This document shows positions 20,120-30,371 of a stretch of DNA of 64,000 nt, piece by piece. Position 1 is the stretch's first letter; each line of letters opens with the position of its first letter. The position numbers were made by a program, and so were the translations under genes. The stretch comes from a virus (taxonomy: Duplodnaviria > Heunggongvirae > Uroviricota > Caudoviricetes), in the IMG/VR virus record IMGVR_UViG_2778261224_000007; one strand, written 5' to 3'. The notes under the pieces were generated by a model, which searched no databases, was not told where the DNA came from, and worked only from the letters and a program-made list of their open reading frames with translations.

Positions 20120-20629
20120 TTAATCCCACTCAATCCAGTTGTAGACGATACGAAGTGACGGGCGCACAGCGGCAGTCACATCTTCGGTACTAAAGTCGAT
20201 TGCATCACTGTAGATTTTGCAGTCCAACATTTCAATTGTTGTAGCAGCTTTTGTCACAGCGTTAACCCCGGAAGATTTGGATTCAGGGGTAGCAGCCATC
20301 GTGATATCAACATAGTCCTTCGCCGCAATGCGATCCTTAATGAACTGAAGAATATCGCCTTCGATAGTCTCCACGCACTGGACCTGGATTTCCCCAGAGT
20401 TTCGAATTGGTCCGTGCTGGTTGAACTTCACACCATTCGGACCATAGTCTTCCACATCCTCGCGAGTCATTTCAGGGATTTGCGACGTGCGAACCAGTAC
20501 GCTGATATCTTCATGGCCTGCAAAAGTGAGCTGGAATTCAGAAGATACCAGTCGTTCGCCTTTGGCCGCGTTGGCAGTATAGCGGCCCTTAATAAATTTA
20601 CGGTTTCCCTTAGTGTTATTGTGCCCCAT
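20120..20629 (-). CDS. virion structural protein (possible tail tube-like)
   Basis: 169-aa ORF in late operon with sheath and capsid-like genes. Confidence 0.4.
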   Translation of the reverse strand: MGHNNTKGNRKFIKGRYTANAAKGERLVSSEFQLTFAGHEDISVLVRTSQIPEMTREDVEDYGPNGVKFNQHGPIRNSGEIQVQCVETIEGDILQFIKDRIAAKDYVDITMAATPESKSSGVNAVTKAATTIEMLDCKIYSDAIDFSTEDVTAAVRPSLRIVYNWIEWD

Positions 20630-20640
20630 ATAAAATCCTT

Positions 20641-21222
20641 TTACTGGAACGCCCGAACAATATCGGAGCTGTTATATATCGAAGAACCGGTCAACTGGAG
20701 GTTGACGGTGTTTTTCAGGAAATATCCATTACTGTCCCTTGGCGCATCGAGATCAAAACTTAAGTCCTGGATAGCGACATCGGTGATGTTGATCCGGCGA
20801 CCAATGTTTAGCGTCACACGCTCCGGGATTCGACCACCAACATTGGCCGCTTTTAGTTCCGGGCTAATCATGGCTGTCAACGCGGCGATAGCGCCTGAAA
20901 CTTCAATGAATGGATTGTTCAAAGCAATGAAAGTTACGGGCAGCGTGAACGTCGGCGGTGTCCCCCCTTCCCAAACCATTAAGCTATTCCAACGGGCAAC
21001 CGACGTTGTTTCAGTACCTACTTGCACAAAACCACCCAGAGCACCAGAAACAGACCCCATGGACATACCGGTAAACGGCGCTTCCCAATTCTGGGCCATG
21101 TTCATTGCCGCCCCCTGGCTGATATATCCGGTAACCTGGTACTGAGAGTTCGTTAAAGTAACTTTCAGATATGGCGATACACCGTCAGCCTGGCTGTAAA
21201 CCCCATAAGCTATAGGAGCCAT
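20641..21222 (-). CDS. virion structural protein
   Basis: 193-aa ORF in the same operon. Confidence 0.4.
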   Translation of the reverse strand: MAPIAYGVYSQADGVSPYLKVTLTNSQYQVTGYISQGAAMNMAQNWEAPFTGMSMGSVSGALGGFVQVGTETTSVARWNSLMVWEGGTPPTFTLPVTFIALNNPFIEVSGAIAALTAMISPELKAANVGGRIPERVTLNIGRRINITDVAIQDLSFDLDAPRDSNGYFLKNTVNLQLTGSSIYNSSDIVRAFQ

Positions 21223-21257
21223 TCAAGTTAAAGGCCGGAGTTCTCCGGCCTCCTCCT

Positions 21258-22073
21258 TTAGCCAAGGCGCTTACGGCGCAGTTTCATTGACTTTTTGCGG
21301 GCAAGTTTTGCCGCGCCGGTCTGGGCTTTTCGACGCGCTTTTTTCAGCGCCGATTTTTGAGCCGCAGTCAGACGTTTTTTACGCAGGCGTTTACGGATGA
21401 GTTTGATCTCACCGTTACGAACAACCTTCTTAAATGCTTCAGTCAGCATTTCATCAGAAGTGCCAGCAACAACAAACGCCGCTTCCAGTTCGTCGCGGTC
21501 GTCGCTATCTAAACCAGCGATAGAGGCACCAACATCAGCAGCTGCGTCGTCGTCTTCATCGTCAGCCAGTGCTTCGATCAGATCATCATCTACACCGCAT
21601 GCTGCGAGGAAGTCAGCAACATTTGCCCATGCTTCGTTATAGGCATCGTCCTGTTCTTCTGTAACTTCGGAGTCGTCGTCATCAGAGATACCAGCGATAG
21701 CCTGAACGAAACCATCAAGGGAGTCGAAAGTCAGATCACCGCTATCAGCCCAGGCGAAAACGGCGTCGGCCGCATCACTCAACGCATTCTGCATAGCACT
21801 TCGATTTGCAGCTTCCAGAATCATCTGGTGCGCCTGTTCGACGGTCCATTCTTTACCTTCTTTCCCTTCCAGGATTTGCTCAGGAGCCGGGTCAGATGGA
21901 ACGTTATCGTTAGTCTGTGCCGCCGGTTCCGGATTATTATTAATAACCGGATCTGTTGGCGGTTCGGCGCTTGCTCGGGCAGACTCCATCAGCTGCACAG
22001 GATCAGAGTTCAAAGCGAAACGGGACAGTCCATTCCCCAAAAATGCCCCGGATTGAAAAAAGTTTTTGCTCAT
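21258..22073 (-). CDS. virion-associated protein with acidic core and highly basic C-terminal tail
   Basis: 271 aa; Asp/Glu-rich middle; C-terminal KRLRKKRL...RRKAQ...LRRKRLG. Confidence 0.45.
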   Translation of the reverse strand: MSKNFFQSGAFLGNGLSRFALNSDPVQLMESARASAEPPTDPVINNNPEPAAQTNDNVPSDPAPEQILEGKEGKEWTVEQAHQMILEAANRSAMQNALSDAADAVFAWADSGDLTFDSLDGFVQAIAGISDDDDSEVTEEQDDAYNEAWANVADFLAACGVDDDLIEALADDEDDDAAADVGASIAGLDSDDRDELEAAFVVAGTSDEMLTEAFKKVVRNGEIKLIRKRLRKKRLTAAQKSALKKARRKAQTGAAKLARKKSMKLRRKRLG

Positions 22074-22082
22074 TGTATTCCC

Positions 22083-23672
22083 TTACTTAATAAGCAGCGG
22101 TACGCCCTGGATACGACGGGCTACGCCAGTCGGGCAGCAGGCCCAGACTACTTCCCATTTATCGAATTCCGCCTGCGTAACTTTCAGCACATACGGTTCT
22201 GTACCGTCAGCATCAGGATCACGAGGAGCCACCAGAGCGCCAGAGGCGACAAAGCGATCTAAAAGTTTGGTCATCCCTTTAGTCAGGCCAGCCGCAGTAA
22301 TACCGTCCGGGCTATGCTTCATCTGTCGGGCTAATTGGACAAAGAAACGGCTGATTGCATTCATCAGAGATGGGACGTGCTGGAAGTGCAGATAGTTATC
22401 CTGCGTGCAGCAAGTTAGAGCGTCGTCGATGATCATCTGGCCAGAGGTGCCCACAGATACTTTATTGAGACGGCCCTTAACCATTGCTTCTTCGTCCGGG
22501 GTATCTTCCGGATACAGCGGTTGAATTGATGCACGAGCAATGATGGCGCGTTCTTCTCCAGCAGGAGAATAATGCCAACCGCCGACATCGGAGTTTTTCT
22601 TAACGCCACGAGCTTTCGCCGCATATGCCACGCCAGACAGACCAAAGACCACACGGGATTGGGTCCATTTGTCTTTGCAGGAGAACGGATAGTGATAGAC
22701 AGCACAGCTTACATAATCGGTACCAAGTAAACCGGTATCTTCAACAGCAGAGAGCGCTTCCGTATACGTCAATGTCGGTTTGACATCAAAGAAGCCATCA
22801 ATCAGGCGATCAGAACAGATATTACCTAACGCGGTGATCGCCGCATTGTCATAGCAACCCAGGCCGAGAACAGCGGTGTACATGTACGGCGCATTGTTCA
22901 GCACCTTAACCGCACGCAGGTAGGCTTCGGTGGAGATTTTCGACTGATCGCCGTTGGTACCGCCAGTGAACGCCAGCGATTTTTTATTTGTTACTTTCGC
23001 CGTCGAAATCAGCTCTTCATTAACAACCGCGCGCAGATATTTAGAACGGGCTTCCAGAGCCGTAGGCAGATAACACAAGCGGCCCATATCATCTTTCGCT
23101 TCTTCCGCCAAAGACACAGTGTGTGTCTCCAGGGTCGTTACCACGCCGAGCGAAGTCGTCTGGGTCAGTTTCAGGAGGAAGCGTTCATTACCTGCGCTGT
23201 CCGCTGTTGCCGTTTCGATGGTTAACTCACGGGTAGGTGAAATACACGGATCACCATCATCAACGTAGATAGCAAAGGCTTCGCCGCTATCAAGTTCAAT
23301 TTCAGAACCGTATGGCAACGCACTGTAAGCTGGTTCGCCTGATTCATCGAACATAATAATCGGGAACTTCGCATCATCCGGAACAGCACGAACAACATAA
23401 CCAGACGTTTGCTGAATAGCTTCGTACACATGACGAATTGGTTCGAACTGTGAGCCGGAAGACGGCTTCAGCGGTTCGCCGAGAACATCTTCGTAATTGG
23501 ACTCAGTAACCGCCAGAACAGTAAACGGCTTGCCACGCGCAAATACGCCAATACCAGCCCACAAGCTGCTATTTAATGCAACACCGGTAGATAACGTCGC
23601 ATCGGCATTGATCGGGCTAACCGCGACGCCGGATGCATTACCTAATGACTGTTGAATTGAATATTGAGACAT
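22083..23672 (-). CDS. tail sheath protein (P1 gp22-like)
   Basis: 529 aa; size and position match a contractile sheath protein. Confidence 0.55.
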   Translation of the reverse strand: MSQYSIQQSLGNASGVAVSPINADATLSTGVALNSSLWAGIGVFARGKPFTVLAVTESNYEDVLGEPLKPSSGSQFEPIRHVYEAIQQTSGYVVRAVPDDAKFPIIMFDESGEPAYSALPYGSEIELDSGEAFAIYVDDGDPCISPTRELTIETATADSAGNERFLLKLTQTTSLGVVTTLETHTVSLAEEAKDDMGRLCYLPTALEARSKYLRAVVNEELISTAKVTNKKSLAFTGGTNGDQSKISTEAYLRAVKVLNNAPYMYTAVLGLGCYDNAAITALGNICSDRLIDGFFDVKPTLTYTEALSAVEDTGLLGTDYVSCAVYHYPFSCKDKWTQSRVVFGLSGVAYAAKARGVKKNSDVGGWHYSPAGEERAIIARASIQPLYPEDTPDEEAMVKGRLNKVSVGTSGQMIIDDALTCCTQDNYLHFQHVPSLMNAISRFFVQLARQMKHSPDGITAAGLTKGMTKLLDRFVASGALVAPRDPDADGTEPYVLKVTQAEFDKWEVVWACCPTGVARRIQGVPLLIK

Positions 23673-23732
23673 AACTTTCCCTGTTATGCGCCCCGCACGG
23701 GGGCGCTATGTTAAACGGAGAACTTCCCCTGA

Positions 23733-25460
23733 TTACTCAGAGTCACCGGCATCAATCGTGTCGCCGCTTATGAAGTTAAGCCCGCCTTTTTTGGCCATTG
23801 TCAGCGTTACACGAGTGAAGTAATCAGCGCCGTTGCGTGGGTGCATATCGTTGATAGCCGAACCCCACAGCGTGGTACGGTTGACCAGCGCCGGAGTGGT
23901 CGGATGCTGGAACGGGATAGCCGGGACTGCATCACCAGTTACGAAGCCCGCTTTGCCCGGATTTTCATCACGGACGTAGCACAGCACATCCATTGGGCTG
24001 AACTGGATACCGTCGGCGGTCAGGTTCGTACAAATACCTTCTGGTACTTCGAACACTTTGACGTTGCCGAACAGAGTGCCAATGTAGTGGACGTATGGGG
24101 TCTGGATGTAATCTTCTGCTGGCTGGAAGAAATCCTTCGGCAATTGTTTGAAGAAAGATGCCGCATCAGCACCGGCATACATCCCCATCGCACCAGAAGA
24201 TTTAACACGCTCAATAATACCGCGATATACCGTCTGGAATTTGCCTCGAACGATAGTTGCCCACACATCAAAGGACTGGTTAGCTGGCAGAGCAATATCA
24301 AAGGTGTCGGTCGCAAGAGTGCGCCAGATCATGATGCGAAGACGCAGCATATCCTGTTCATGAGACAGGTATTCCTTCAGGGTGCGGAACTGTAGGGAAC
24401 CCAGGTCCAGACCAAATTCACGCTGTGCTTCATACGCCGCCTGTACCGTGTGCTCAGCCGCGATAACGAACTGACTTGGGAACAGGGTGTATTTCTTCAT
24501 TTCGTGGTTGATCAGCGGGATCAGCTCAGGAGCGGCTTCAATATTGATTTCCGTCTCAATCGCGATCTCAGTGCCTTTATCCGGCGCTTTGGAGAACGAC
24601 AGGGCAATCTGACCAATGTTGTAGTTCAGAGAGCAGGTAACAGTGATTTGCTCACCAGCAGCATTAGTAAACGAGTGAAGTAGGCTGCCGGAACCGTTAT
24701 CAACAACAGACTTAATACGGTTAACGTAGATGTTAGTGCGACCTTTTCGGATTGGAACATTCTGGCCTTCGAAGTCTTCCATCTTGAAGGTTGCGGTTTT
24801 GCTGGTGCCATCGGAGCTTGCCACCAGCACATAGCGGCGACGTAACTGGCTGTACACACCGACGGATTGCATGTCCAGAACATCACCAGCAGCATAAGAA
24901 CCAAAAGAGGAACCTGCCACGTTAAAGACTTCATAGATGTCGGACTGGTCACGCGTAACCGGAATGAAGGTACACGCATCAGCGGTAGCTGCCCCCAACT
25001 GAACAGGCAGGATCATCGCGAGGAATAAAGGCAGACGCATAACACCGTCAGAAACGCTCATCATCTCTGCTGCGACGGATTCCAGCATCGCTTTATTAGT
25101 GGCATCCATGCTATTGCGGGTGGACTCAATCAGGCAGTTTTCCAGCGTCTGGTGGCAGGAGGCCAGAATTTCCGGACGCGGCATAGATTTATGTGCTGCG
25201 GCGTAGTCAGCCAGTGCACTTGCCCACGCTGTAGCGATTTGAGCGGTGGCATTATCAGAGATACCCGCAAAAACCGGGTCTTTACGTGCAGCTTCAAGGA
25301 TAGATGCGGCACGCGCGGCATCATCTTTAATGAATTGGTTATCAGTACCGAACTGCGCAGAGCTTGCCCAGCCAAGCACAGCTTTAGAGCGTTTTGCGAT
25401 ATCTGCAATACGATTCTGGTATTCGCGTAAGTTACTCAATTTACTCTTCCTTAAACACAA
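23733..25460 (-). CDS. major capsid-like protein (P1 gp23-like)
   Basis: 575-aa first gene of the operon; placement by recalled P1 gene order. Confidence 0.45.
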   Translation of the reverse strand: MCLRKSKLSNLREYQNRIADIAKRSKAVLGWASSAQFGTDNQFIKDDAARAASILEAARKDPVFAGISDNATAQIATAWASALADYAAAHKSMPRPEILASCHQTLENCLIESTRNSMDATNKAMLESVAAEMMSVSDGVMRLPLFLAMILPVQLGAATADACTFIPVTRDQSDIYEVFNVAGSSFGSYAAGDVLDMQSVGVYSQLRRRYVLVASSDGTSKTATFKMEDFEGQNVPIRKGRTNIYVNRIKSVVDNGSGSLLHSFTNAAGEQITVTCSLNYNIGQIALSFSKAPDKGTEIAIETEINIEAAPELIPLINHEMKKYTLFPSQFVIAAEHTVQAAYEAQREFGLDLGSLQFRTLKEYLSHEQDMLRLRIMIWRTLATDTFDIALPANQSFDVWATIVRGKFQTVYRGIIERVKSSGAMGMYAGADAASFFKQLPKDFFQPAEDYIQTPYVHYIGTLFGNVKVFEVPEGICTNLTADGIQFSPMDVLCYVRDENPGKAGFVTGDAVPAIPFQHPTTPALVNRTTLWGSAINDMHPRNGADYFTRVTLTMAKKGGLNFISGDTIDAGDSE

Positions 25461-25577
25461 GGCACTTGTGTGAATCCCTTTTCGGAAGAGATTTTATTGA
25501 AAGTCACTTGTTGACTTTCTCGTGACAAGAAATTTTTTTTTATTTTTTTCGGGAGGAGGGGAGGAAGGTAAAATCCA

Positions 25578-25662
25578 AGGTGAAATCGTGGCGATTTCAC
25601 CTTGAAATTTTAGATGAATTTACTTTAAAAACAGTAAGTTAATAGTGAAATTTGAATGGCGA
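25578..25662. promoter_or_regulatory. parS partition site
   Basis: ATTTCAC-type heptamers and TCGCCA-type hexamers (as reverse complements GTGAAAT / TGGCGA) flanking an AT-rich IHF-like core, immediately downstream of parB. Confidence 0.8.
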
Positions 25663-25666
25663 AAGT

Positions 25667-26668
25667 TTAAGGCTTCGGCTTTTTATCGAGGCTCTTTCTA
25701 AGGATATGCCCAATCATCCTGTCGAGTTCTTCCTGTAACTCTTTTGAGAGTCGATTAAACTCATAAGAAAATGCACGGCCTTTCACGCGCTTCCTTGCAA
25801 AGCGATCCTTGTCCTCAAATTTCCATAATTCAGTAACTACGGACTTATCTTTAGAACCTTTATCCGTGAGTAGTGAGGCTTCCTTTGTTATCAAGCGCAG
25901 GATTTTATTTTTAACTTCATCTTCGGCCATTTCTTCAATGGATAAGATGTCGTTTATTTCCGGGGATATGTTTTGAATAAGCTGATCAAACTCTAAATTC
26001 TTGTTCCCCATTTCGTCGCCAACAGCACAAAGCGTTTTGTAGTCCGAAAAGGTTAATTCCGACTGCACAGGGAAAAGGGCGACTAATTCTTCCGGAGCAC
26101 TCGCTGCCTGGAGAGCACGCGTGACCTTCGCCTGAGACAGCCCTTCTTTGGCTGCAATATCCTTCTGACTCATCCCATCATTTTTCATTCGCATCAAACG
26201 CAGACCTATTTCTCGAATGCTGTGCTGCAATGCTGTCTGAACGTCTTTCGCTAAATTTTGCGCTTCCTGAACGCTGATCTCCTGGTCCGTGACTAAAACC
26301 CGCAACCCTACGTTCTCTAAGATGGCAGAAGCTCGACGCCGGGAACCATCCAAAATTTCAATTTTCCCTGTAGCCCGTCTAACACCTATTGCAGGGTAAA
26401 ATTGCTGATGCTTAATAGTGCTTCGGATACTTTTTAATGATTTTGGCGTAAGAGATGCCTGGTCACGCCCGTTGTTATGCTGATCAACAAAGGTATCGCT
26501 TTCTACCTGGTTCGGAGGTATTACCTCTTCAATAAATGTGGCCTGGCGACCAGTTGATAACTTGAATACCTGCTCGACTCGATCGCCAGAGGCTGAAGAA
26601 CTATCAAATCCGCTTAATATTGAAGGATTAAGGGTTCGCCCAATTGTTGGTCTGTTTTTCTTTGACAT
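25667..26668 (-). CDS. parB: plasmid partition protein ParB
   Basis: 333 aa; recognised as P1 ParB family. Confidence 0.9.
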   Translation of the reverse strand: MSKKNRPTIGRTLNPSILSGFDSSSASGDRVEQVFKLSTGRQATFIEEVIPPNQVESDTFVDQHNNGRDQASLTPKSLKSIRSTIKHQQFYPAIGVRRATGKIEILDGSRRRASAILENVGLRVLVTDQEISVQEAQNLAKDVQTALQHSIREIGLRLMRMKNDGMSQKDIAAKEGLSQAKVTRALQAASAPEELVALFPVQSELTFSDYKTLCAVGDEMGNKNLEFDQLIQNISPEINDILSIEEMAEDEVKNKILRLITKEASLLTDKGSKDKSVVTELWKFEDKDRFARKRVKGRAFSYEFNRLSKELQEELDRMIGHILRKSLDKKPKP

Positions 26669-26684
26669 GGGGGTTTCTTACTCC

Positions 26685-27881
26685 TCAGTTAGATCTGATA
26701 AATTCAATACGGTCAAAAACTGCTTTAGCAAAATCTTCCGCGGCAATTCGCGCGTTCTTCAATGCATCAGCACTACCAACATACGTTGCCGGGTTAGCTG
26801 AAATAACAGTGTCAAAAGACTCGCCGCAACGTTCAAAACCGTCAAGGCGAGGGAGGACGACATCAAGCATATCCCCACCGAACACTTCTTTAGCCAGGCT
26901 ATGGCAATACTTATGATCTGCCTTGTTACTCAACTTGGACATAAAACCAATGTTAGTCGCAAGCTGGCACTCGCAGCCTTCATCCGAAATGAGTTTCACC
27001 AACTCAGGAAGGCGGGCAACGTATTTAAGCGATGAGTGGAAATCAACCGTTGCAGGCGGCAGAGGTGTAAACAGTATATTGGCCGAGGCCAAAGCATTTT
27101 TCAGGAAGGCGTCAAGGTGAGGACCACTATCAACGAGGATAAAGTCATAATCGCTCTTCAGCTTATCAATCACATTTTCTTTCAGGACAGCATGGATGTT
27201 CTGCCCCGGTAGATGCTCATTGCACAGATCTCTCCAATCGGATGCAATAAAGGCATCGTCAATCGACGCAGGCATAACGTCAACCCCAGGTACAACAGAA
27301 GGAACAATAAACTCCTCTAACAGCTCTTCACGGCTTACATTCTGCAACATAGCCTGTGCAGATGTTGCGTTTACGATACCAATAGAGTGTTTATGGCTTA
27401 AAAACATCGTTGCTGAAGATTGCGGATCAAGGTCAATAACCAGAATCCTTAAATCTTCCATCAGAAGATGAGGGTGAGCACGCATTGCATGCGCCAGAGA
27501 AACCGTCGATACAGTTTTTGACACACCGCCTTTAAGATTGGAGATGAAAATCACATACGCTTCGCTGTAGCGATCCCGGTATTTTGGCACTCCGCGATGT
27601 TCATATATGTCAATGATGTTCTGAATTGACATCGCATATTTCATTGAAGAGCCAGCAGGGCGTTTATCGAAAACATAACCCTTTTCTTCCATTTCACTTA
27701 CGGCATAGTCAACGTTCGCTCGAGTCAGTAGAGGCAATTTTGCCAGTGCCGCTTTCGCATAGACCTGGTAAAACTCGTTCGCGTGTAGCTCATCCTTTTG
27801 CAACTGTACTTGTTCAGTCAGAACATTGAGCATTCTGTTTGCTCTTTGAGCAACCTTGTGAAGCTGGCTGGAATCACTCAT
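26685..27881 (-). CDS. parA: plasmid partition ATPase ParA (type Ia, with N-terminal regulatory extension)
   Basis: 398 aa; deviant Walker A KGGVSKT; recognised as P1 ParA. Confidence 0.9.
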   Translation of the reverse strand: MSDSSQLHKVAQRANRMLNVLTEQVQLQKDELHANEFYQVYAKAALAKLPLLTRANVDYAVSEMEEKGYVFDKRPAGSSMKYAMSIQNIIDIYEHRGVPKYRDRYSEAYVIFISNLKGGVSKTVSTVSLAHAMRAHPHLLMEDLRILVIDLDPQSSATMFLSHKHSIGIVNATSAQAMLQNVSREELLEEFIVPSVVPGVDVMPASIDDAFIASDWRDLCNEHLPGQNIHAVLKENVIDKLKSDYDFILVDSGPHLDAFLKNALASANILFTPLPPATVDFHSSLKYVARLPELVKLISDEGCECQLATNIGFMSKLSNKADHKYCHSLAKEVFGGDMLDVVLPRLDGFERCGESFDTVISANPATYVGSADALKNARIAAEDFAKAVFDRIEFIRSN

Positions 27882-28049
27882 CGAAAGTCATCCTTTATGC
27901 TGTATTTTTGAATTTAATTAAAAATGCTGCATAAAATAATAATGTATGCGTAGATGCTTGTACATAGCATTCTCTGCATGTTTGGTTCATTTTGCACGAT
28001 AGAGAGTTGCAAGGAGGGCACAAAAAAGCCCCGTTCAGGGGCATCAGTG

Positions 28050-28859
28050 TTATTTGTTAAGAGCTGCGAATAATCGTTCGAAATCGATAGTATCTATAGC
28101 ACGCGTTAGCGCCGGAAGTTCAGCCTCAAAGCACCCGTTTCGATCGTAAAAGAAGGGACCGAAGAGCGAGGCATGTTGGATTCTACTTCGCCCCAGTCCG
28201 GACACACAGTTAAGCCCATTACCGGCTAAAAGGCTAAAAAACTTCTCTGGATTATCGTGGTAAAGCTGGGAATCAATGATGGCGGTTAACTCTTCCATAG
28301 GGAAGCACACCCGCCCTGTCTCCCAGGGATATTTAGTCCGAAGCGTAAACATCGCTTTCAGCAATTCACATTGAGCGCGGATCGCGTCAGGTTCATAGCC
28401 AGATATGGAGACATAAGCCACATCCCTCATTCCTGCGTCATCTTTGAAAGTCACGATAGAAGTAACATCCAGTTCTTTTTCGAAAGAGCGAGCAGCATCT
28501 ACTGGACGCTGAAGTAAATCATTCGACTTAATTCGCTCGAGAATCCCTCCCCACATATCATTTAGATATTCGATATGAGCCAAAACCTTATCAAGACACT
28601 CTCGTGTAAACCATTCAGTATGCCCGCCACCGGCGCTTTTCTCCCACGGCGCATTCCAGGGGAAAAAGGTTGCGTGTAAAGCCCGCTCAAGATTAACTAT
28701 TGCCAAACGCGTACCACGATAGACCCGTGAAAGCGCAAAATCGGGACTCACTTGTAGCCCTTTAAACCGTGCCAATGGACCACATGAAATGCCGATTTTA
28801 AAAGTATCTCCGTTCTCCGGCACCAGAACGTAGAGGTAGTGTTGTTTCTCTTCTTGCAT
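28050..28859 (-). CDS. T5orf172/GIY-YIG-like domain protein of unknown function
   Basis: 269 aa; N-terminal YLYVL...FKIGIS...R...GHTEWF motifs typical of the T5orf172 (MUG113) branch of the GIY-YIG fold. Confidence 0.5.
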   Translation of the reverse strand: MQEEKQHYLYVLVPENGDTFKIGISCGPLARFKGLQVSPDFALSRVYRGTRLAIVNLERALHATFFPWNAPWEKSAGGGHTEWFTRECLDKVLAHIEYLNDMWGGILERIKSNDLLQRPVDAARSFEKELDVTSIVTFKDDAGMRDVAYVSISGYEPDAIRAQCELLKAMFTLRTKYPWETGRVCFPMEELTAIIDSQLYHDNPEKFFSLLAGNGLNCVSGLGRSRIQHASLFGPFFYDRNGCFEAELPALTRAIDTIDFERLFAALNK

Positions 28860-28893
28860 ATCAATACCACTGCTTGATGAGAACCGCGCAAAT

Positions 28894-29032
28894 GTTGACT
28901 ATGCGCGAAGGTTAATGTGAATAGTTGACTATGCGCGATGTGACTACAGTCAAAAGTTGACTGTAGTCGATTTAACTCCACCAAAGATCGACTATGTAAG
29001 ATATTGTCGGGAGAAACGTTGACTATACGCGA
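28894..29032. repeat. iteron cluster downstream of repA (incA-like copy-control locus)
   Basis: At least 4 copies of GTTGACTRTRCGCGA plus a palindromic variant GTGACTACAGTCA...GTTGACTGTAGTCGA. Confidence 0.7.
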
Positions 29033-29151
29033 TGAAATGACCCTAAAAGCCATCTCAATAGCGACTTGCAGAATATTGACACCAGCAAAAATCCACCAGC
29101 GTCAACGAATGTCGCCTATAGTCAACTTCTCGCTATCGAATATAGTCAATA

Positions 29152-30036
29152 TTATGGATTGCGCTTATGGATCTGGAAGCCGATTTTCCTGCCGTTTTTT
29201 ATCTCTGAAAATTTAAGATATTCAATAGCTTCCAAATCTTTCATGGCTTTTCTGATAACGCTATTTTGCACGCTAACGGATGATTTGAGATTAAGCCTTG
29301 CTCTAAGGCGCTCAATGCTGACAGGTGCCGGGTTGGCGGGTAGAGCCTCAAAGAATGTATACAGCACCTTGGCCGTCTCTTTGCGCCCGAGCTTATCCAG
29401 CATCTTCAGCTTCAGGATTCGCTTATAGTCAACATAGTAAAGTTCAGATAGCTGTTTTTGCGGCTGGATCTCGATAACATCAAGCTCGGTATTCAGGCTG
29501 CTATATGCCAACAAGTTGACGTTAATGTTATTGAGATGACCTTTTGCCGCCGGGAAGCGGAATTTGACAACTGTCTGCTGAATGCGTGTCAGAGAGTCAT
29601 CAATACTTTTACGGAACGCCTTTGAAAGGCGCTTACGTGGATAGCCGCATCGATCGGCAAACTCGGAGAATGGCAGGGTGATTATGCCGTCATCATCAGG
29701 AGCATAGTCAAACAACGCGGAGGTTATGCCCACCCACACCTTAAAATCAGTATCCATATCCAGGCGTGGACCATGAATTTCAATTCCCTCATAGCCTTCC
29801 TGCTCAACAATTTTGAGGCTTGATAGTTCTTCGGTTGCGTTCGTTGTGTTTGTTGTAACTGACGATCCGCGACGTAGCGCCACATTGGTAGATTTTAAGG
29901 TTGGCACAAACACACCTAAGCGCAACAAAGCTATGGGTTGTATAGTGCTGTTGTTATTGGGCTTCAGGCTGTGGATTTCTCCTGTATTTCCTGCAACTTC
30001 TTCAACGCTAAGGAAGCCTTTACTTTCTTCCGGCAT
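29152..30036 (-). CDS. repA: iteron-binding plasmid replication initiator
   Basis: 294-aa ORF flanked on both sides by iteron arrays. Confidence 0.75.
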   Translation of the reverse strand: MPEESKGFLSVEEVAGNTGEIHSLKPNNNSTIQPIALLRLGVFVPTLKSTNVALRRGSSVTTNTTNATEELSSLKIVEQEGYEGIEIHGPRLDMDTDFKVWVGITSALFDYAPDDDGIITLPFSEFADRCGYPRKRLSKAFRKSIDDSLTRIQQTVVKFRFPAAKGHLNNINVNLLAYSSLNTELDVIEIQPQKQLSELYYVDYKRILKLKMLDKLGRKETAKVLYTFFEALPANPAPVSIERLRARLNLKSSVSVQNSVIRKAMKDLEAIEYLKFSEIKNGRKIGFQIHKRNP

Positions 30037-30116
30037 CGTGGTTTCTCCATGTGTGGCGCGGCCTGGCGTTAATTTAGATGACTGTTATCAACAGCTGTGA
30101 ATATTCAGGCTCTAAA

Positions 30117-30330
30117 ATCGCATACAGTCAACGTTTCTGTCGCGTATAGTCAACAATAAATCGCGTGCAGTCAACATAAAATCGCACACAGTCAACATAA
30201 AATCGCGTATAGTCAATGTTGATCCCGTTTCAGGCCATGAACGGCGCGGCTTACAGCGATCCGGGATCTTCTTTGGATCTTCCTAGGTTCTCTTTGGGAT
30301 CTGTTTATTGGATCTATGCTGTGGATAAGT
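30117..30330. promoter_or_regulatory. plasmid replication origin (oriR-like): 5 iterons at 21-bp spacing, GATC cluster, DnaA box
   Basis: TCGCRYRYAGTCAAC repeats at 30117, 30140, 30161, 30182, 30203; five GATC in 30257-30315; TGTGGATAA at 30320-30328. Confidence 0.75.
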
Positions 30331-30371
30331 TGAATAAACCGGCCAACATAGCCGGTTGGAAGGAAGCCGTA

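Noticed and set aside
28748-29216. ORFs of 70-101 aa overlapping the incA-like iterons
   Set aside because: They coincide with the iteron array and lack translation signals.
30117-30216. Regularly spaced direct repeats that could be mistaken for a CRISPR array
   Set aside because: The repeat is 15 bp with 6-bp spacing at a 21-bp period, next to a DnaA box and upstream of a rep gene; this is an iteron origin.
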